DNA of 64,000 nt from the NCBI GenBank assembly GCA_964574905.1, contig CAZNOY010000013.1, positions 1,936 through 65,935 on the forward strand, read 5' to 3'. The notes below the pieces were generated by a model. That model had not been told where the DNA came from and did no database searches. It saw nothing but the letters and a program-made list of their open reading frames with translations. Every line of letters starts with the position of its first letter. Position 1 is the stretch's first letter. A program made the position numbers and the translations under genes. Shown in pieces: positions 1 through 10,041 of this stretch. Origin of the DNA: an uncultured Citromicrobium sp. (GTDB lineage: Bacteria; Pseudomonadota; Alphaproteobacteria; Sphingomonadales; Sphingomonadaceae).

Positions 1-141
1 TTCCCGAAATTCGTCCGCAATCTCAACACCGGGGGCGACAACGAGAGCGAGACCCGGATGGTCGTTGCGAAAAATCGGATCCATCACGCGGAGGGCGAGG
101 CGTCGTACATCGAGTTGCCGGTGGTACCGCGGAAGAAGTAG
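1..141 (+). CDS. 3' end of an unidentified CDS entering from upstream of the window
   Basis: Frame 1 is open from base 1 to TAG at 139-141 (...HAEGEASYIELPVVPRKK*). Third codon positions are G/C-rich. No family recognised. Confidence 0.3.
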   Translation, partial: FPKFVRNLNTGGDNESETRMVVAKNRIHHAEGEASYIELPVVPRKK

Positions 142-210
142 GACGCGCGGGCAAATACACGGGTCAGCGCGGGGTCACGCTGCCGCGACTGTAGGCCAAG
201 CTCACTCAGG

Positions 211-1437
211 TCAGCGCGGGCGCACGGACAATTCCACCGGCACACCATCGCGCAATACCGTGAGCACCTGTGCGCGATGGGTTGGGCGATCTTGCGCCAG
301 CCATCGCGATGCCGCGCAGGCCCCCTCCTGCATTGCAAGCGAGCGCCCGTCGATCGCGACCACCCGGTCACCCAGCCGCAGCCCTGCTTTCTTGGCAGCC
401 GAACCATCGAACAGCTGCACCACTTCCGCCGCCCCATCGCGCATCATCAGGGCGTAGCCCGGGAAATCGGTCGATGGCGCGGGGGCGTCACGCTCCTGAA
501 GCAGCATCCGCCCACCCGGATAGTCGAGCGTCACATCGTATCGATCCAGTATCCCCAGACCGATCAGCGAGGGCGGCGCATTGCGCGTGGTGCCGGGCAG
601 CCGGGGGAGCGCGTCGCCCACCGTCAGGCCATCCAGATCGAACCGCAACAGGTCGCCAATGTCGCCGAAGCCTGCGGCGGATACGCCATGCGAGCCGCGC
701 CCCTTCGACTTGCTGCCGCGCACGATCGACTGTTCGACCTGTCTGTTTCCCAGCAGCCGGTCGAACAGCACGACCGTGTCCGAACTGCCGGTGTCGAACA
801 GTGCCCGATCCTTCATCTTGCCGAGCGCGTAATCGAATACCGGCGCGTAGGGATAGGCATCGGCATACAGACGGCTGACGTGGGCACGCGCCCCTTTGCG
901 CAAGGCGGTTAGGTCGCCCGCGTCGCGCGCAATCTGCAGCAAATTTCGCGCGCCATCGAAATGCCAGACGCTTCCCGGGAATATGTTGGAGCCGATAACG
1001 CCGCCATCGAAGAAGCAGCCGTCAGGGTCGGCTACCCGGAAGTCGGCGATCAGCGCGGGGACATTGGTGAAGGCCAGACCGCCTATCGTCAGTTGGTCGA
1101 GCAAGGCGATCTTGGTGGTGAACGGTTGCCCGTTGGCGTCGCGCCCGGTGTTCGATCCGACCACGGTCACGCCCAGTTGATCGGCCAGCTCCTGCGAGAT
1201 CAGCGTAGGCGATCCTGTATCGAAGACGAAGCTGCGCTCTACGCCGTTCGCGGACGCCTGCACGGCGAACTTGCCCATGTGCGGGATCAGCGGGACGGTC
1301 TCGACATCCTGGCTGCGCGTCACCTCGACCGGGCGCTGCACGACGGGTATTGCTTCGGGCGACATCTGCGCATGGCCCGGCAGCGCGAGCGTCAACAGGG
1401 CAATGCACCCGGCGCTGATTGCGAAACGAAACTTCAC
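211..1437 (-). CDS. secreted retropepsin-like (clan AA) aspartic protease with C-terminal PDZ domain
   Basis: Two D-T-G-S motifs (FVFDTGSPTLIS, LFDTGSSDTVVLF). PDZ-like tail (GLRLGDRVVAIDGRSL). Signal peptide follows a GTG at 1437 (VKFRFAISAGCIALLTLALPGHAQ). The track ORF extends to 1488. Confidence 0.75.
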   Translation of the reverse strand: MKFRFAISAGCIALLTLALPGHAQMSPEAIPVVQRPVEVTRSQDVETVPLIPHMGKFAVQASANGVERSFVFDTGSPTLISQELADQLGVTVVGSNTGRDANGQPFTTKIALLDQLTIGGLAFTNVPALIADFRVADPDGCFFDGGVIGSNIFPGSVWHFDGARNLLQIARDAGDLTALRKGARAHVSRLYADAYPYAPVFDYALGKMKDRALFDTGSSDTVVLFDRLLGNRQVEQSIVRGSKSKGRGSHGVSAAGFGDIGDLLRFDLDGLTVGDALPRLPGTTRNAPPSLIGLGILDRYDVTLDYPGGRMLLQERDAPAPSTDFPGYALMMRDGAAEVVQLFDGSAAKKAGLRLGDRVVAIDGRSLAMQEGACAASRWLAQDRPTHRAQVLTVLRDGVPVELSVRPR

Positions 1438-1651
1438 TCGATCCCTCCCCGGACACGGCGGTCGTGGCGCTGGTTGCCGGTGGGCCAATGAACCGGGGCT
1501 GATTGAGACGGTGAGCGCCGTGCTGTGCTGGCCGAAGCCGGGAGGATTTTCCTACTTGGCCCTGTGCTGGCATGATGCCGAAATGTGGCGTCATCCTCCC
1601 TCGCTTATCGCACCGGCATGGCAATGCTCGGGTGTGCTTGGGCGTAGCGAT

Positions 1652-1693
1652 GTTTCTTACCCTTGGACTGTGTGTCAGGTGTGTCAGGCTGGC
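1652..1693 (-). repeat. 42-nt intergenic motif, copy 1 (core CCTGACACA CCTGACACA CAGTCC)
   Basis: The reverse complement matches 11772-11813 at 36 of 42 positions without gaps. It lies 215 nt upstream of the protease start on the same strand. Confidence 0.7.
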
Positions 1694-1841
1694 GGGCATC
1701 TGGCGCGGATGCGGCTTTGACACGCCCGTGCTTCCGCCGCACACATACAGGCAACACAAACACGCCATTGGCGCATGCCAGGCAGGCGACGCGGGACCCC
1801 CGCATTCGCGGGGGTGACGAAACAGAGAGGATGGTGGGACC

Positions 1842-3014
1842 ATGGCCAAGCAATTCGACATCGTGATCTACGGCGCGACCGGGTATACCGGGCGTCTGGT
1901 CGCCGAGCATTTCCTGCGCGAATATGGCGACAGCTCCGATGGGCCTAAGTGGGCGATGGCGGGCCGCAACCCGGACAAGCTTGCCGAGGTGAAGCGCGAA
2001 ATCGGTGCGTCCGATTCCACCCCCACCATCGTGGCGGACGCGGCCGATGCCACCAGTCTCGCGCAGATGTGCGAGCAGGCGAAGGTCATCATCACGACGG
2101 TCGGGCCCTACCAGCTCTATGGCGAGCCGCTGCTGGCCGCCTGCGCGAAGAGCGGCACGCATTATGCCGACCTGTGCGGCGAACCTGCGTGGATGCGGCA
2201 GATGATCGACAAGTACGACACGGACGCCAAGGCGAGCGGGGCACGGATCAGCTTCTCCTCGGGCTTCGATTCGATCCCCTTCGATCTGGGCGTGCTGATG
2301 CTCCAGAAAGAGGCGCAGGAGCGGTTTGGCGCGCCGTGCCCGCGTGTGCGTGGACGCGTGCGGGCGATGAAGGGGACCTTTTCGGGCGGCACCGCTGCCA
2401 GCCTGACCGAATCGATGAAGGCGATGGCGCGCGACCCTTCGCTCATCAAGATCATGCGCAGCCCCTTCGGCCTGACGCCCGGTTTCGAAGGGCCGGATCA
2501 GCCGGGTGGGATGATCCCCATGTACGAGAGCGATCTGGGCAAGTGGGCCGCGCCCTTCGTGATGGCGCCGATCAACACCAAGAATGTCCACCGCACCAAC
2601 TTCCTGCGCGGGCACCCCTATGGCGAGGATTTCCGCTACGACGAGATGGTGCTCACCAGCCCGGGCGAAGCGGGCAAGGCGGCGGCCAATGCTGCTGCCG
2701 AGATGATGAAGAACCCGTTCGGTGCGAAGCCGCCCAAGCCGGGCGAAGGGCCCACGCCCGAAGAGCGCGAGAACGGCTATTACGACGTGCTGCTTATCGG
2801 CGAAATGCCCGACGGGCGCACGCTACGCTACGCAGTGAAGGGCCGCTACGATCCGGGCTATGGCTCGACCAGCCGGATGATCGGCGAGACGGGTATTGCC
2901 TTGCTCGAAAGCGATGCGCCGGGCGGGATCGGCACGCCCGGCTCGATCCTCGGCGAAGCGCTGGTCGCACGTCTGCGCGAACACGCCGCGCTGACCTTCG
3001 AAGTGGAGGAATAG
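1842..3014 (+). CDS. saccharopine dehydrogenase-like NAD(P)-binding oxidoreductase
   Basis: N-terminal Rossmann motif (FDIVIYGATGYTGRLVAEH), 390 aa, AGAGAGG upstream of the ATG. Confidence 0.75.
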   Translation: MAKQFDIVIYGATGYTGRLVAEHFLREYGDSSDGPKWAMAGRNPDKLAEVKREIGASDSTPTIVADAADATSLAQMCEQAKVIITTVGPYQLYGEPLLAACAKSGTHYADLCGEPAWMRQMIDKYDTDAKASGARISFSSGFDSIPFDLGVLMLQKEAQERFGAPCPRVRGRVRAMKGTFSGGTAASLTESMKAMARDPSLIKIMRSPFGLTPGFEGPDQPGGMIPMYESDLGKWAAPFVMAPINTKNVHRTNFLRGHPYGEDFRYDEMVLTSPGEAGKAAANAAAEMMKNPFGAKPPKPGEGPTPEERENGYYDVLLIGEMPDGRTLRYAVKGRYDPGYGSTSRMIGETGIALLESDAPGGIGTPGSILGEALVARLREHAALTFEVEE

Positions 3015-3081
3015 CCTCAGGCGGGAGCCGAACGGGCTTCAGGCCATTGAATCGAGGGATCGCAAACGGAGAGGGTGGATA

Positions 3082-3534
3082 ATGGCATTTCTGGCTTCAG
3101 TCCTGGGGCGAATACTGATCGCCCTGATCTTCATCGTCTCGGGCATCAGCAAGATCATGCACCTTCCCGAAACGGCGGCGTTTATCGAACAATCGACCAG
3201 CCTGCCGACGGGTCTCGCGCTGCCGGTTGGCATCTTCGAACTTGTGTTCGGTGTGTTCCTGGCAGTCGGGTTCATGACCCGGATCAGCAGCATCCTGCTG
3301 TTCGGCTTCACGCTGGCAGCGATTGCCCTGTTTCACAGCAACATCGGCGACGGGCTGCAGTTTCAGGTCGCGCTCATGAACCTGGCAATGGCGGGCGGCC
3401 TGCTGATGGTATTCGCCTATGGTCAGGCGAGCGGATCTGTCGACGTGTGGCGCGAACGCGACCGTGCGCGCCGTGCGGAACTGCGCGCCGCAAAGGCCGA
3501 AGCGCGGGCGGCGGAAGAAGCCGCCGCCCACTGA
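3082..3534 (+). CDS. DoxX family membrane protein
   Basis: Four hydrophobic segments and a DoxX-like N-terminus (LGRILIALIFIVSGISKI). GGAGAGGG sits upstream of the ATG. Confidence 0.7.
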   Translation: MAFLASVLGRILIALIFIVSGISKIMHLPETAAFIEQSTSLPTGLALPVGIFELVFGVFLAVGFMTRISSILLFGFTLAAIALFHSNIGDGLQFQVALMNLAMAGGLLMVFAYGQASGSVDVWRERDRARRAELRAAKAEARAAEEAAAH

Positions 3535-3549
3535 TGCGTTATCGGTGCG

Positions 3550-5730
3550 CTAGAAGCTGAAGCGTGCACTGACCGAGAGGTTGCGCCCCACCATGGGGAT
3601 GAAGTCGCGCGTGAAGCTGGTCGCACGGCGGCCTTCGACGTCGAAGATGTTGTCCACCTTGGCCAGCAGCGTCACGTTGTCGTTCCCGCGCAGCGGGCGC
3701 CACGCGACGGATGCGTTGACGTAGGTGAAGGCGTCGGTGGTGCTTTCGAACGCAGGGACATCGTCCTGCTTGCCGAAGTGCTGTACCTCGCCGCGCAGTT
3801 CGATGGGGCCGGTCCTGGCGGTCAGCGCGCCGGTCAGGCCCAGCGGCGGAATGCGGGGGACGGGGCTGCCGTCGGATAGCTCGGCTTTGACATACTCGGC
3901 GCTTGCTTCACCGATGAGGGAAAAGCCGTCGCTCTCCACAAGGGGTGCGCTGATCTGGGCTTCGAGACCGTAATAGGTCGCGTCCTGCTGCTTGTAGGCG
4001 AACAGGGGCAGGCCGTCCTCGTCGCCCGCCGGCAGCACGATGCCGCCGTCGCCGACGAAGGAACCCGTGTTGTCGAGGTAGATGTAGTTGTCGAACCAGC
4101 TCTTGAACCCTGTCAGGCTGACTGTCGCGGGCCCGATATTGCCGCGGACGAAGCCTTCCAGGCCCCAGGCGCGTTCCACCGCGAGGTTCGTATCGCCCAG
4201 CTCGTACTGGCCCGTGGCGACGTGCGGCCCGTCAGCGAACAGTTCCTCGCCTGCCGGCGCGCGGCCCACACGCGATCCGTTCACGCCGATGCGCAGCCCG
4301 CCGATGTCGTACGACACGCCGAGTGCGCCCGAGAGGATGTTGAAATTGCGATCGACGTTGAGCGGCTGCGATGACACGCTCGACGTTTCGAACCGTGCCG
4401 CGCCCTCAAACTGGAGGTCGCCGAAGCTGAGTTCCTGAAGGGTGAAGAAGCCATACTGCTCCGTCTTGTTCGGCGCGACGAAGGCTTCCTCCCCAACCGC
4501 AGAGAAATCGCGAATGTAGAACTGCCCGCCGAACGAACCGCGCAGGTTGCCGACCGGGGCCTGGATGAACTCAGCCCGGCCCTCGAGCCCTTCGATGTCG
4601 AACACCGTGCCCACTTCCGAACCTTCGTATTCGGTGTGGGTGTAGTCGCTGTAGCCGACGCGGGTCTGCAGCCGGTCGAGGAAGCCCGAACCGAGATCGA
4701 GGTCGCCGCGGAAGCCCGCACGATACTGCTTGAGGCCGATGGAGACGCCCGCGTCGCCCTCCTCTTCGCCGCCATCCTCGTGCTCGTGGCCGCCGGCCGG
4801 GTTCTCGGGGACGCCGTAGCTGGTCTCATAATACCCTCCGCCAAAGCCGAAATTGCTGCCGCCTGCGAAGAAGGCGAGGCCGGCATTGACGGACTTGGTC
4901 TCGACGAAGGTGTTGGGGACGACACCGCGCTGGTTCGCAACTTCGCGCAGTTCGGCAGCCTCTTCGGGCTCGCCATCATTCTCGTGCTCGGCAGCATCCG
5001 CCAGCACGTCTGCGCGGAGCCCGTTGCTCAGGACATAGCCGGGAACGTGGATGTCGCCCGAATTGAGGTAGCTGCCATCCACGTGAGCAACGAAGCCGCC
5101 ACCCAGCGGCGCATCGACCGAAGCGCCGACGCGGTATTCGTCGTTTACGCTGTCGTAGCTAGCGAGCCCGTCGACATGGATCGGTTCGTCGGGGATGCTG
5201 CGGGGAATACGCTTGTCGATCACGTTGACCGCACCGCCGATCGCCTGGCTGCCGTACAGCAGAACAGCGGGGCCGCGCAGGACCTCGATCCGCTCGACCG
5301 TCAGCGGATCGATGCTGACCGCGTGATCGTCAGACGTATTGGACGCGTCGAGCGATCCAATACCGTCATCCATCACGCGCACGCGCTCGCCGCTGAAGCC
5401 GCGAACGACCGGGCGGGAGGCACCGGGCGAAAATCCGCTGCCCGATACGCCCGGCAAATCTTCAAGGATTTCGCCGACCTGACCGTTCATGTTCCGCTGG
5501 AGTTCAACACCTTCGACCACCGAAGTGCCCGCCAGCACGTCTAGCTGGCTGAGGCTCCTGCCTGCGGTGACGACGATTTCGGCTTGCTGGGCGGAACGGT
5601 TGTGAAAATCGTCTCCCACATCGTCGTCGCTCTCTGTGGATTGGTCTGCGGTCTGAGCCTGCGCAACGCATGGGACGGCCGCGAATGCGAGTGCGAGCAG
5701 CGGCAAGCCGCCGAGGGGGGAGAACTTCAT
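3550..5730 (-). CDS. TonB-dependent outer-membrane receptor with His/Glu-rich loop, possibly for metal uptake
   Basis: Signal peptide starts at the internal ATG 5730 (MKFSPLGGLPLLALAFAAVPCVAQA). Plug region (IVVTAGRS...VEVLRGP...LYGSQAIGGAVNV). Beta-barrel ends in the terminal ...ARFSF. Loop GGHEHEDGGEEEGD is encoded at 4741-4806. Confidence 0.85.
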   Translation of the reverse strand: MKFSPLGGLPLLALAFAAVPCVAQAQTADQSTESDDDVGDDFHNRSAQQAEIVVTAGRSLSQLDVLAGTSVVEGVELQRNMNGQVGEILEDLPGVSGSGFSPGASRPVVRGFSGERVRVMDDGIGSLDASNTSDDHAVSIDPLTVERIEVLRGPAVLLYGSQAIGGAVNVIDKRIPRSIPDEPIHVDGLASYDSVNDEYRVGASVDAPLGGGFVAHVDGSYLNSGDIHVPGYVLSNGLRADVLADAAEHENDGEPEEAAELREVANQRGVVPNTFVETKSVNAGLAFFAGGSNFGFGGGYYETSYGVPENPAGGHEHEDGGEEEGDAGVSIGLKQYRAGFRGDLDLGSGFLDRLQTRVGYSDYTHTEYEGSEVGTVFDIEGLEGRAEFIQAPVGNLRGSFGGQFYIRDFSAVGEEAFVAPNKTEQYGFFTLQELSFGDLQFEGAARFETSSVSSQPLNVDRNFNILSGALGVSYDIGGLRIGVNGSRVGRAPAGEELFADGPHVATGQYELGDTNLAVERAWGLEGFVRGNIGPATVSLTGFKSWFDNYIYLDNTGSFVGDGGIVLPAGDEDGLPLFAYKQQDATYYGLEAQISAPLVESDGFSLIGEASAEYVKAELSDGSPVPRIPPLGLTGALTARTGPIELRGEVQHFGKQDDVPAFESTTDAFTYVNASVAWRPLRGNDNVTLLAKVDNIFDVEGRRATSFTRDFIPMVGRNLSVSARFSF

Positions 5731-5950
5731 TGGGGGAACGATCCTGCTAGAGTGTGACTTTATATCATCTGCCGCTAGAGCGTCGATATTGGGAGCGCAA
5801 GGCCGATCTTGCGCTTCGACGGCCAGAATCGTCGGTTCGTCGGAAAGGGGAGAGAAAAGACGAATCCCGCGCCGCGATGAGAGACGCAGGGCGCAGACCG
5901 TCAGCCGCATTCCACGAATGCGACCGACATCGAATTGTCTTCAAGAAAAC

Positions 5951-6025
5951 TGGAGCGGGCGAGGCGATTCGAACGCCCGACCCCAACCTTGGCAAGGTTG
6001 TGCTCTACCCCTGAGCTACGCCCGC
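5951..6025 (-). tRNA. tRNA-Gly (anticodon GCC)
   Basis: The reverse complement folds as a cloverleaf: acceptor GCGGGCG/CGCCCGC, D arm GCTC..GAGC, anticodon stem CAACC/GGTTG with loop TTGCCAA, T loop TTCGAAT, discriminator T and encoded CCA. Confidence 0.93.
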
Positions 6026-6217
6026 TCACATGGCGTTTCCGGCAAGCAACCAATGGGCCTGTCCGGAACGGGAAGCGGGCAAGTAGCAATGCGCGCACCC
6101 TATCGCAAGCGCAAAATCACGTGCACCGATCGGCCCTTCACATCGCCCGCCAAAGGCCCACATTGGGGCCAACTGAAACCGCATCAATTCGCACGAAGGG
6201 GACCGCACTTGGCCAGC

Positions 6218-7117
6218 ATGGGGCTCAATCTAGACGAACAGAAAGCCGTCGACAGGTTTCGGGACGACGTAGTCGAACCCTCGATGTCCAAACTGGTGGT
6301 GCTCGATTTCTGGGCCGAGTGGTGCGGGCCGTGCAAGGCGCTGACGCCAGTGCTGGAAAAAGTCACCGCGGAATACGCCGACAAGGGCGTCGTTCTGAAA
6401 AAGCTCAACGTCGATGAAGAGCAGTTCATCGCTAGCCAGTTTCAGGTCCAGTCGATCCCCACGGTTTACGCGATGTTCCAAGGCCGCCCGGTGGCGGACC
6501 TCACCAGTGCACGCAGCGAAAGCCAGCTGCGCGATGCGCTCGACCAGATCCTCGCACAGTTGCCGATCGGCGAAGGCGGCGGCGAACAGCCGCAGCAAGA
6601 CGTCACCCAGTTCATCGAGATGGGCGAGAATGTGCTTGCCGAGGGCGAGAACGAGCGCGCGCTGGGTATATTTGCTCAGGTGATCGACATGGCGCCCGAC
6701 AATGCCGCCGCGCATGCCGGTCTGGTGCGCGCGATGGTCGCGCTGGGCGAGGCGGACAAGGCGCGCGAACACCTCGACAGCCTCGATGCCACGCTGGCCG
6801 AAGACCCCGCGATCAAGCGGGCGCGCTCCGCCATCGAACTGGCGGGCGAAAAGGTCGACGAAGGCGAACTCGCCAGCTTGCGCGACAAGGCGCAGGGCGG
6901 TGACATGGATGCACGCTATGCCTACGCCGAAGCCGCCTTCGCGGCCGGACAGCGCGATGCAGCCGCCGACGAACTGCTCGCCATGGTCGAAGCCGACCGC
7001 GAGTGGAACGAGGGCGCAGCGCGCACAAAACTGCTGCAGATCTTCGAGGCGGTCGGGCTGGAAGACCCGTGGGTGGTTGCGACGCGCCGCCGCCTCTCCA
7101 AGATCCTGTTCGGGTAA
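6218..7117 (+). CDS. thioredoxin-domain protein with TPR-like C-terminus (YbbN/CnoX-like co-chaperone)
   Basis: WAEWCGPCK active-site motif followed by a helical repeat tail. Starts at the internal ATG 6218. The upstream part of the track ORF overlaps the tRNA. Confidence 0.85.
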   Translation: MGLNLDEQKAVDRFRDDVVEPSMSKLVVLDFWAEWCGPCKALTPVLEKVTAEYADKGVVLKKLNVDEEQFIASQFQVQSIPTVYAMFQGRPVADLTSARSESQLRDALDQILAQLPIGEGGGEQPQQDVTQFIEMGENVLAEGENERALGIFAQVIDMAPDNAAAHAGLVRAMVALGEADKAREHLDSLDATLAEDPAIKRARSAIELAGEKVDEGELASLRDKAQGGDMDARYAYAEAAFAAGQRDAAADELLAMVEADREWNEGAARTKLLQIFEAVGLEDPWVVATRRRLSKILFG

Positions 7118-7122
7118 ACCTG

Positions 7123-7728
7123 GTGCGCCTATCGATATTCCCGCTGACCGGCGCGATTCTGTTTCCGGGCCTGCAATTGCCGCTCCACATGTTCGAGCCG
7201 CGGTATCGCGCGCTGGTGAGCGATGCGCTGGCGCGTGACCGGCGGATTGCGATGATCCAGCCGAAGACGGCGAGCGAGGGCGCGCCGCTCTACGACGTCG
7301 GTTGCATCGGCAAGATCGCCGATGTCGAGGCAATGGACGATGGGCGCTACAACCTCGTGCTCGACGGGGAGAGCCGCTTTCGCGTGACCCGTGAGCTCGA
7401 CGTCGCCACACCCTTCCGCCAGGTCGAAGGCGAGCTGATCGCCGAGGATGGCGATGAGGTGCTGAGCGGCATCGAACGCGCCGGGTTCGAACGCGAGGCG
7501 CGCCGCTTCGCGGATGCGCAGGGCTATTCGGTCGATTGGGATGCGGTCGCGCAGCTCGACGACCAGTCGCTGATCAACGGCGTGAGCCAGATCGCCCCGT
7601 TCGACGCGGCATCGAAGCAGGCGCTGCTCGAAGCGCCGGACCTTGCTGCGCGATGCGAGCTTCTGATCCAGCTGATGTACTTCTTCGGGCGGCAGAACGG
7701 CACCGACGACCGGGTTACCCTGCAATAA
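7123..7728 (+). CDS. LON-peptidase N-terminal (substrate-binding) domain protein
   Basis: LSIFPLTGAILFPGLQLPLHMFEPRYRALV is typical of Lon N-domains. GTG at 7123 lies just after the preceding stop. Confidence 0.75.
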   Translation: MRLSIFPLTGAILFPGLQLPLHMFEPRYRALVSDALARDRRIAMIQPKTASEGAPLYDVGCIGKIADVEAMDDGRYNLVLDGESRFRVTRELDVATPFRQVEGELIAEDGDEVLSGIERAGFEREARRFADAQGYSVDWDAVAQLDDQSLINGVSQIAPFDAASKQALLEAPDLAARCELLIQLMYFFGRQNGTDDRVTLQ

Positions 7729-7738
7729 GGCGGTTTGC

Positions 7739-8362
7739 CTAGGCCAGCAGCGTTCCGCGCAACCCGTCGATCACGAACTGCGCCGCGAAGGCTGCGAGCA
7801 ACACGCCGAGCAGGCGTGTGATGACCGCTTCGATCCGCGTGCCCACCAGCTTCATCAGCGGCCCCGCCGCAATCAGCGCGAACATGGTGAGCAGCAGCAC
7901 CAGCGCTGCGGCGGCGAACACCACGAGGCTTTCCTCGAGGCCCGTCGCCTGATTCATCAGCAGCATGATCGCCGCAATCGCCCCCGGCCCGGCCATCATC
8001 GGCATCGCCATGGGGAAGACCGAGACATCCTCTATCTCGGGATTGGCGTTGATCTTCTCAGCGCGTTCCTCGCGCCGTTCGGTGCGCTTTTCGAACACCA
8101 TTTCGATCGCGATGATGAACAGCATGATGCCGCCCGCGATGCGGAAACTGTCCAGCTCGATCCCGAGCGTCTGGAGCAGCTGTTCCCCGAACAAGCCGAA
8201 CACGAGCAGGATCAGCCCCGCGATCACCGCCGCGCGGATCGCCATGGAGATCGTTTGCCCGCGGCTCGCATCGCGAGTCAGACCGGCATATATCGGCGCG
8301 CAGCCGGGCGGGTCGACCACGACAAAGAAAGTCACGAAGGCAGAGACGAAAAGTTCGAGCAT
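7739..8362 (-). CDS. MarC family (UPF0056) inner-membrane protein
   Basis: N-terminus FVTFFVVVDPPGCAPIY and about six transmembrane segments. Confidence 0.8.
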   Translation of the reverse strand: MLELFVSAFVTFFVVVDPPGCAPIYAGLTRDASRGQTISMAIRAAVIAGLILLVFGLFGEQLLQTLGIELDSFRIAGGIMLFIIAIEMVFEKRTERREERAEKINANPEIEDVSVFPMAMPMMAGPGAIAAIMLLMNQATGLEESLVVFAAAALVLLLTMFALIAAGPLMKLVGTRIEAVITRLLGVLLAAFAAQFVIDGLRGTLLA

Positions 8363-8386
8363 CGGGTGCCTATCGGCTGAAACGGA

Positions 8387-9151
8387 TCATTGGGCGGACG
8401 GAGGGAAGGTCTCTTCGACAACCTTCTGCCACGCGCCAGATGTATAGTAATCCCCGCGAACATACTTTGTGCCGTCCTCGCGGTGCTCCCACACCCAGCG
8501 CAGCGTTCCATCGGGCGAAAGCTGTTCGCCGCGGCGCGCAGTGCCCGCGTCGGGAAGCGCAGGCGGCGGCGGAACCGGGTCCGATGCACTCGGGCAGTCG
8601 GCGACGAGCCCCTGCACCGCGTCATAGGCGGTCGCGACGATCTCGTTCGGGTCACGCTCAACCGGCTTGGGCTGGGGGTTGTCCTCCGCTCCGCTGTCGT
8701 AAACCCACTTGTAGTCGTCCTTGATGCCCTTCCGGGCCCACACCGTCACGAAGGTGCCGACGAGCCCTTCCGGATCGAGGAACCGACCGCGGCTGACCGC
8801 CAATTGGCCATCGCAGCTCATCATCACGGTGCGCGGCGACCACTGGACTGCCTTGGGCGGGTCGTCGAGTTGCGCCAGCACGGACTGCGCAGGCATTGGC
8901 CCGTTGCCCGTATGGAGCAGCGCATTGTCGGCAGCGAAGGCACGAAAGGCGGTCCACTGGCCGTCTTCGCGCGCCGCCCGCTCGAAGGCGATCTCGCGCG
9001 AGACGATCAGGCTCGGCTGCGCGGCATAGGGTGCGCTCGCCAGCACGCGGTCGATGACCTTGCTCGGCGTGCGTGGGCCTTGCCCCCCCATGCAGCCCGC
9101 CAGCGCAAGCGCGGCACAGCCAATTGCGGCGATCCGAAACATGGCGATCAC
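8387..9151 (-). CDS. hypothetical lipoprotein
   Basis: Lipobox (AALALAGC). Start is GTG 9151, which overlaps the folD stop, or ATG 9142. No family recognised. Confidence 0.6.
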   Translation of the reverse strand: MIAMFRIAAIGCAALALAGCMGGQGPRTPSKVIDRVLASAPYAAQPSLIVSREIAFERAAREDGQWTAFRAFAADNALLHTGNGPMPAQSVLAQLDDPPKAVQWSPRTVMMSCDGQLAVSRGRFLDPEGLVGTFVTVWARKGIKDDYKWVYDSGAEDNPQPKPVERDPNEIVATAYDAVQGLVADCPSASDPVPPPPALPDAGTARRGEQLSPDGTLRWVWEHREDGTKYVRGDYYTSGAWQKVVEETFPPSAQ

Positions 9152-10041
9152 AGTCCCTCCGGCGGTTCGAGGCCTTCGTGCGCGTGCGCGGCGACCAGCG
9201 TGTTGCGCAGCAGAACCGCGATGGTCATCGGGCCGACACCGCCGGGCACAGGTGTTATTCCACCCGCCACATCGCGCGCTCCGGCAAAGTCGACATCGCC
9301 CACCAGCCTCCCCTTGGTTTCACCCTCGGCGGGCATCAGGCGGTTGATCCCGACATCGATCACCGTCGCGCCGGGCTTCAGCCAGTCGGCCTTGACCATT
9401 TCCGCGCGGCCCACTGCGGCAACGACGATATCGGCGCGGCGCACCACATCGGGCAGGTCCTTGGTCCGGCTGTGCGCGATGGTGACCGTCGCGTTCGCGT
9501 CGAGCAGCAGCTGCGCCATCGGCTTGCCGACGATGTTGGAGCGGCCGATGACGACCGCGTTCATGCCCGACAGGTCGCCGTGCCGGTCGCGCAGCAGCAT
9601 CATGCAGCCAAGCGGGGTGCACGGCACGAAGCCGGTGCGCCCGACCATGAGCCGCCCTGCATTTTCGACATGGAAGCCGTCGACATCCTTGCCCGGATCG
9701 ATCGCCGCGATCACCGCCTGCTCGTCGAGATCGCCCGGCAGCGGCAATTGCACCAGGATACCGTCGACCGCCGGATCGGCGTTGAGCTGCTCGACCAGCG
9801 CGATCAGATCGTCCTGCGATGTGTCCGCAGGCAGGCGATGCTCGAAGCTCTCCATGTTCGCGGCGACGGTCGCCTTGCCCTTGGAGCGGACATAGACCTC
9901 GCTCGCCGGGTCTTCGCCCACCAGCACCACGGCGAGGCCCGCCTTGCGGCCTGCCTTTTCGGCAAACGCAGCGGCGTGCGCGCCAACACGTTCGCGCAGT
10001 TCGGCCGCGAAGGCCTTCCCGTCGATCAGCTCAGCGGTCAA
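9148..10041 (-). CDS. folD: bifunctional methylenetetrahydrofolate dehydrogenase/cyclohydrolase
   Basis: [12 protein letters not shown]..., [47 protein letters not shown]. No in-frame ATG or GTG lies upstream of the conserved N-terminus. TTG at 10041 overlaps the yggT stop. Confidence 0.9.
   Translation of the reverse strand: MTAELIDGKAFAAELRERVGAHAAAFAEKAGRKAGLAVVLVGEDPASEVYVRSKGKATVAANMESFEHRLPADTSQDDLIALVEQLNADPAVDGILVQLPLPGDLDEQAVIAAIDPGKDVDGFHVENAGRLMVGRTGFVPCTPLGCMMLLRDRHGDLSGMNAVVIGRSNIVGKPMAQLLLDANATVTIAHSRTKDLPDVVRRADIVVAAVGRAEMVKADWLKPGATVIDVGINRLMPAEGETKGRLVGDVDFAGARDVAGGITPVPGGVGPMTIAVLLRNTLVAAHAHEGLEPPEGL

Noticed and set aside
1652-1693. Reading the 42-nt repeat as a conserved peptide (LTHLTHSP[KR]V[KR]N).
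   Set aside because: No shared start codon or ribosome-binding site is present. Only 6 substitutions exist, which is too few to infer purifying selection. The flanking translated sequence is unrelated.
5731-5950. Possible cobalamin or TPP riboswitch in the 220-nt leader of the TonB-dependent receptor.
   Set aside because: I could not find a B12 box (GCCACTG-type) or the TPP CTGAGA...ACCTGA core. Only an AT-rich patch is present.
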